Notes under the pieces: generated by a model
Seen by the model: the letters and a program-made list of their open reading frames with translations, nothing else
Told to the model about the DNA's origin: nothing
Database searches by the model: none
Source: an uncultured Planctomycetaceae bacterium
Lineage (GTDB): Bacteria > Planctomycetota > Planctomycetia > Pirellulales > Thermoguttaceae
Direction of reading: 5' to 3'
Assembly (NCBI GenBank): GCA_964436865.1
Contig: CAYTFK010000002.1
Coordinates: 20,890 to 84,889 of the forward strand
Length of the DNA stretch: 64,000 bases
Shown here: positions 60,023 to 64,000 of the stretch, piece by piece
How positions within the stretch are numbered: position 1 is the stretch's first letter
How the letters are laid out: each line of letters starts with the position of its first letter
Translations under genes and position numbers: made by a program

Positions 60023-61807
60023 TCAGACCAGGGCCTCACGTCTCACGTAATGGGTATGCAGCAGGTGGTGGCTCTTCTCGCCGAGCGGCACGCCCAGATA
60101 CTCATTGTACAAGCGCTGGACGGCCTCATTGGCGTGCGAGGTTCGGACGCTCTCGCGATCGTCGATCTCATACAGGGCCTGCATCCGCGACCTCACCGCA
60201 CTGGAATCGGTGCCGATCGGCTGGCCGCCGCCGTTGATGCAGCCGCCGGGGCAGGTCATCACCTCGATGAAGTGCAGATCCTTGCGTTTGCCCGCCCGCA
60301 ATTCGTCCAGCAGTCGCCGGGCGTTGCCCAGACCGCTCACCACGGCGACCCCCAGTTCGATGCCGTTGACCGCCACGCGGGCTTCTTTCACGCCCTCCAG
60401 GCCACGCACCGCTTGCACATGAAGATCGGGCAGTTCCTGGCCGGTGACCAGGTAATGCGCCGTGCGGATCGCCGCCTCCATCACGCCGCCCGATGCCCCA
60501 AACAGCTTGCCCGCCGTGGTCCGTTCGCCAAATGGCGTGTCGGCCGTGTCGGGGGCGAGTTCCCGCAGGTCGATGCTTCGCATGCGAATCAGCTTGGCGA
60601 GTTCCCGAGTGGTGAGCACCGCGTCGACGTCGGCCACCCCGTTGTGGGTCAGCTCGCTGCGGCCGGCTTCAAACTTCTTCGCCGTGCAGGGCATGATGCT
60701 GACGGTGAAGATCTTGTCGCGATCAATCCCCTCGCGCTCGGCGAAGTAGCTCTTGATCACCGCGCCCATCATCTGCTGAGGGCTCTTGCAGGTGGAGAGG
60801 TTCTCGATGAAGTTGGGATAGAACGTCTCGACGGTCTTGATCCAGCCCGGCGAGCAACTGGTCATCATCGGCAGCTTCAGGCCGTTGGTCAGCCGGTGGA
60901 CAAACTCGGAGGCCTCCTCCATGATCGTCAGATCGGCGGTGAAGCCGGTGTCGAACACGCGCTTGAAACCGAGCCGCCGCAGGGCGGCCGTCATCGCTCC
61001 GACGACGTCCATGCCGGCCGGCAACCCGAATTCCTCGCCCAGTGTCACCGACACCGCGGGGGCGTGCTGCACGACGACGAACTTCTCGGGGTTTTCCAGC
61101 GCCGCAAGCACATCCTTCAAATGGCTCTGCTCGCTCAGCGCCCCGGTCGGGCAGGCCATGATGCACTGCCCGCAGTTGATGCAACTCGATATGTTCAGGC
61201 CTTCGTCGAACGCGGTGCCGACCTTGGTCTTTGACCCTCGGCCGATGAAGTCGATGGCGGCGATCCCCTGGACCTCCTCGCAGACGCGGACGCACTTGCC
61301 GCAGAGGATGCATTTCGCCGGGTCGCGGCTGATCGAGGGGCTGGAATTGTCGAGGAAATGCCGGCTCTTCTCCCCCGCGAAACGGCGGCTGCGGACGCCC
61401 AGCTCCTCGGCCATCCCCTGCAGGTCGCAGCGCCCGTTGCGGACGCAGTACAGGCAATCGTCGGGGTGGTTGGCCAGGAGCAATTCGATGATCGTCTTGC
61501 GGGCGTCGACGGCGCGCTTGGAATGCGTCTGAACCTTCATTCCCTCGGCGACCGGGTAGGCACAGCTCGGCACCAGCCCGCGCTGCCCCTCGACCTCGAC
61601 CACGCACATCCGACAAGCGCCGGTGGCCGGCAGGCCGTCGATGTTGCACAGTGTGGGCACCTTGATTCCCACGCGACGCAGCGCGGTCAGGAGCATCTCC
61701 CCTTTTTCGGCCTGGACGGACCGCCCGTTGACTTCAATGGTGACCATGGGCTTGCTTACCTCTTCTTGGTATTCGCTGGGACAACCGAACCCGGCCCCGA
61801 CCACCAT
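60023..61807 (-). CDS. hydA: [FeFe]-hydrogenase catalytic subunit HydA-like (M3 architecture plus small-subunit-like tail)
   Basis: N-terminal 2Fe-2S fold, HxxxCxxCxxxxxC, two 4Fe-4S motifs and H-domain motifs TSCSPGW / MPCTAKKFE / EVMTCPGGCINGGGQP. The ATG at 61807 has GGGAGG 5 nt upstream. An alternative ATG at 61747 gives MVTIEVNG. Confidence 0.9.
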   Translation of the reverse strand: MVVGAGFGCPSEYQEEVSKPMVTIEVNGRSVQAEKGEMLLTALRRVGIKVPTLCNIDGLPATGACRMCVVEVEGQRGLVPSCAYPVAEGMKVQTHSKRAVDARKTIIELLLANHPDDCLYCVRNGRCDLQGMAEELGVRSRRFAGEKSRHFLDNSSPSISRDPAKCILCGKCVRVCEEVQGIAAIDFIGRGSKTKVGTAFDEGLNISSCINCGQCIMACPTGALSEQSHLKDVLAALENPEKFVVVQHAPAVSVTLGEEFGLPAGMDVVGAMTAALRRLGFKRVFDTGFTADLTIMEEASEFVHRLTNGLKLPMMTSCSPGWIKTVETFYPNFIENLSTCKSPQQMMGAVIKSYFAEREGIDRDKIFTVSIMPCTAKKFEAGRSELTHNGVADVDAVLTTRELAKLIRMRSIDLRELAPDTADTPFGERTTAGKLFGASGGVMEAAIRTAHYLVTGQELPDLHVQAVRGLEGVKEARVAVNGIELGVAVVSGLGNARRLLDELRAGKRKDLHFIEVMTCPGGCINGGGQPIGTDSSAVRSRMQALYEIDDRESVRTSHANEAVQRLYNEYLGVPLGEKSHHLLHTHYVRREALV

Positions 61808-61874
61808 GCCTGCCTCCCGCGGTCGGCTCCGCGACGCTCCGCCTGGCTCGTTGCCAATACAGGCTTCAAACGGA

Positions 61875-63851
61875 CTAAGCTTTCATGACCGCGCCCAGCC
61901 GGCAGGCATCCAGACAGGATCCGCAGCCGATGCAACGGTCTTCGATGATGTAATGGGGATTCTTCGGCGAGCCGATGATCGCATCGGCGGGGCACTTCTT
62001 GGCGCACAGCGTGCAGCCCTTGCATTTCTCCGCATTGATCGAGTACGTCACCAGTTCGGCGCAGGCCCCGGCCGGACAGCGCCGGTCGTACACGTGGGCC
62101 TCGTACTCGTGGCGGAACCACCTGAGCGTGCTCAGCACCGGGTTGGGGGCCGTCTGCCCCAGGCCGCAGAGGCTCGTGTCGCGGATCGTCTCCGCCAGCC
62201 GCTGCAGGTGGAGCACGCTCTGGAACCGCTCCAGGGCCTCCAGCTCCTTCTCGTGCCGGCGCCCCCGGGTGATCCGCTTGAGGATCTCCAGCATCCGCCG
62301 CGTTCCCTCGCGGCAGGGAATGCATTTGCCGCAGCTCTCGCGCTGGATGAAGTCCATGAAGAACTTGGCCACGTCGACCATGCAGGTCTCTTCATCCATC
62401 ACCACCAGGCCGCCGGAGCCCATCATCGCACCGACGGTCTTCAGCGACTCGTAGTCGACGTCGATGTCGAGGTGCTGCTCCGGAATGCAGCCGCCCGACG
62501 GCCCGCCGATCTGCACCGATTTGTACTTCTTGCCGTAGGGGATGCCGCCGCCGATGTCGAACACGATCTGGCGGACCGTTGTTCCCATCGCCACCTCGAC
62601 CAGGCCCGTCCGGGCGACCTTCCCCGACAGTGCGAAGACCTTCGTCCCCTTGCTGGTCTTGGTCCCCAGAGCGCTGAACCACTCGTGGCCGCGGTCGATG
62701 AGCATCGGCACGTTGGCCAGCGTCTCGACGTTGTTGATAATCGTCGGCTTCGCAAATAGGCCGCTCACCGCGGGGAACGGCGGACGCGGACGCGGCATGC
62801 CGCGTTTTCCCTCGATACTGTTGATCAGCGCCGTCTCCTCCCCGCAGACAAACGCCCCGGCTCCCTGCTTGATCACGATGTGCAGCGAGAAACCGGTGCC
62901 CAGCATGCTGTCGCCCAGCAGTCCGTACGACTCGGCCTGGCCGATGGCGATCTTGAGCCGCTCGATGGCCAGCGGATACTCCGCCCGGATGTAAACGTAG
63001 GCCTTCGAGGCGCCGATCGCATAGGCGGCGATCGCCATGCCTTCCAGCAGCCGGTGCGGGTCCCCTTCGATCACCGCCCGATCCATGAACGCGCCGGGGT
63101 CTCCCTCGTCGGCGTTGCAGACGAGATACTTCTGGCCGGCCTGCGAGGCACGGGCGAACTTCCACTTCTTGCCGGTCGAAAAGCCGCCGCCCCCCCGGCC
63201 GCGAAGCCCGCTCCGTTCAACCGTGTCGCAAACCTCGTCGGGCGTCTGCTTGCGGAGCACCTTGGCCAATGCCGCGTAGCCGCCGCGGGCGATGTACTCA
63301 TCGATCGAATTCGGATCGATCAGGCCGCAGTTGGCCAGCACCCACCGGGTTTGCGGAGCGAAGAACGGATGCTCGTCGAGGTACGGCACCTCGCTCCAGG
63401 GGTTGAGGCCGCTTGATCGATGCTGGCCGAGTACGCTGTCGCGCGGCACGTCGCCGCGAAATACGCCGTCCAGCACGGCGTCGACCTCTTTCCTCGAAAT
63501 CCTCTCGAAGGCCAGTCGCGTCCGGCCGGGCATCTGCACTTCGACGATCGGTTCGGCCGAACAGAGGCCGATGCAGCCGACCTCGACGACATCGGCCTCG
63601 ATGCCGTGCCGCTGAAGGTACTCGCGCACCGCCGCGATCGTCCCCTTCGCCCCCGCGCCCAGGCCGCAGGTGCCCGCGCCGATGAAGATGGCCGGACGAA
63701 CCAACTGCTCGCGCCGCAACTCGCCAAAGCGCCGCTCGCGCTCCGCGCGGTCCTGGCCGTTGCCGTCCGGCCCATCGGCCAAAACCCAGTCGAGAATCTG
63801 CCGGCCGGCCTCGGGAGCGGCCAGGGTGCTGTCTGCGTCAGGCTGCTTCAT
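61875..63851 (-). CDS. hydB: NuoF-like flavoprotein subunit (HydB/HndC type) of an NAD(P)-linked hydrogenase
   Basis: N-terminal thioredoxin-like 2Fe-2S (GTCGLGAGA...CIGLCSAEP). FMN/NADH motifs (GRGGGGFSTGKKW, GAGAFVCGEETAL). N3 cluster CGKCIPCREG. Two C-terminal 4Fe-4S motifs. ATG at 63851 with GGAGG upstream. Confidence 0.9.
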   Translation of the reverse strand: MKQPDADSTLAAPEAGRQILDWVLADGPDGNGQDRAERERRFGELRREQLVRPAIFIGAGTCGLGAGAKGTIAAVREYLQRHGIEADVVEVGCIGLCSAEPIVEVQMPGRTRLAFERISRKEVDAVLDGVFRGDVPRDSVLGQHRSSGLNPWSEVPYLDEHPFFAPQTRWVLANCGLIDPNSIDEYIARGGYAALAKVLRKQTPDEVCDTVERSGLRGRGGGGFSTGKKWKFARASQAGQKYLVCNADEGDPGAFMDRAVIEGDPHRLLEGMAIAAYAIGASKAYVYIRAEYPLAIERLKIAIGQAESYGLLGDSMLGTGFSLHIVIKQGAGAFVCGEETALINSIEGKRGMPRPRPPFPAVSGLFAKPTIINNVETLANVPMLIDRGHEWFSALGTKTSKGTKVFALSGKVARTGLVEVAMGTTVRQIVFDIGGGIPYGKKYKSVQIGGPSGGCIPEQHLDIDVDYESLKTVGAMMGSGGLVVMDEETCMVDVAKFFMDFIQRESCGKCIPCREGTRRMLEILKRITRGRRHEKELEALERFQSVLHLQRLAETIRDTSLCGLGQTAPNPVLSTLRWFRHEYEAHVYDRRCPAGACAELVTYSINAEKCKGCTLCAKKCPADAIIGSPKNPHYIIEDRCIGCGSCLDACRLGAVMKA

Positions 63852-64000
63852 GGCCGTTTCCCTCCGCCGCCTTCCTGTAAGAATCAAGAATCTTGCTTAC
63901 CTTCTGTGTGGTGACCCCGGCGTGAAACTCGCCATTGATGGCGATTACCGGGGCCAAACCGCACGCGCCGATGCAGGCGACCACTTCCAGACTGAACATG
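63838..64000 (-). CDS. hydC: NuoE-like [2Fe-2S] subunit (HydC/HndA type), 3' end only
   Basis: Minus-strand frame reads ...FSLEVVACIGACGLAPVIAINGEFH...GNGHEAA*, matching the NuoE C-terminal CxxxC...AP motif. It runs off the window edge and overlaps the hydB start by 14 nt. Confidence 0.78.
   Translation of the reverse strand, partial: MFSLEVVACIGACGLAPVIAINGEFHAGVTTQKVSKILDSYRKAAEGNGHEAA

Overview
GC-rich bacterial chromosomal window with dense coding. Gene content and repeat types suggest Planctomycetota; this is an inference and no search was run. All family calls come from reading motifs in the supplied translations.

Main blocks, in order:
(1) Hopanoid genes hpnH and shc, separated by an array of 30-31 bp palindromic units.
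(2) CocE/NonD hydrolase, UvrD/PcrA helicase, ceramidase-like protein and a cold-shock protein.
(3) A tightly packed hom / phosphoglycerate-mutase-like (proposed homoserine kinase) / four-ACT aspartate kinase operon.
(4) A chaperone block groEL-groES-groEL-dnaJ-grpE, then fmdB-like and yacG.
(5) Orphan PII, an APH-fold kinase, a DsbD-like protein, purM, a class-II-like cytochrome c and glgX.
(6) A ~17 kb co-directional MoxR / DUF58 / BatA-vWA cluster. It also carries a QW-repeat alpha/alpha-toroid protein, a 1138-aa coiled-coil protein and a 1263-aa beta-propeller protein.
(7) A lone KAS-like protein whose catalytic Cys-His-His reads Asp-His-Asn.
(8) A minus-strand [FeFe]-hydrogenase locus with HydC-like (partial), HydB-like and HydA-like genes. 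It is followed by a hydrogenase-like sensor domain fused directly to a histidine kinase, a receiver protein and a REC-histidine kinase hybrid.

The most interesting items are the hydrogenase sensor-kinase relay, the non-canonical TSCSP H-cluster motif in HydA, the extended MoxR/vWA cluster, the palindrome array between shc and hpnH, and the degenerate KAS.

No rRNA, tRNA, CRISPR array or mobile element could be supported. Many long ORFs in the track are antisense shadow ORFs typical of GC-rich DNA.
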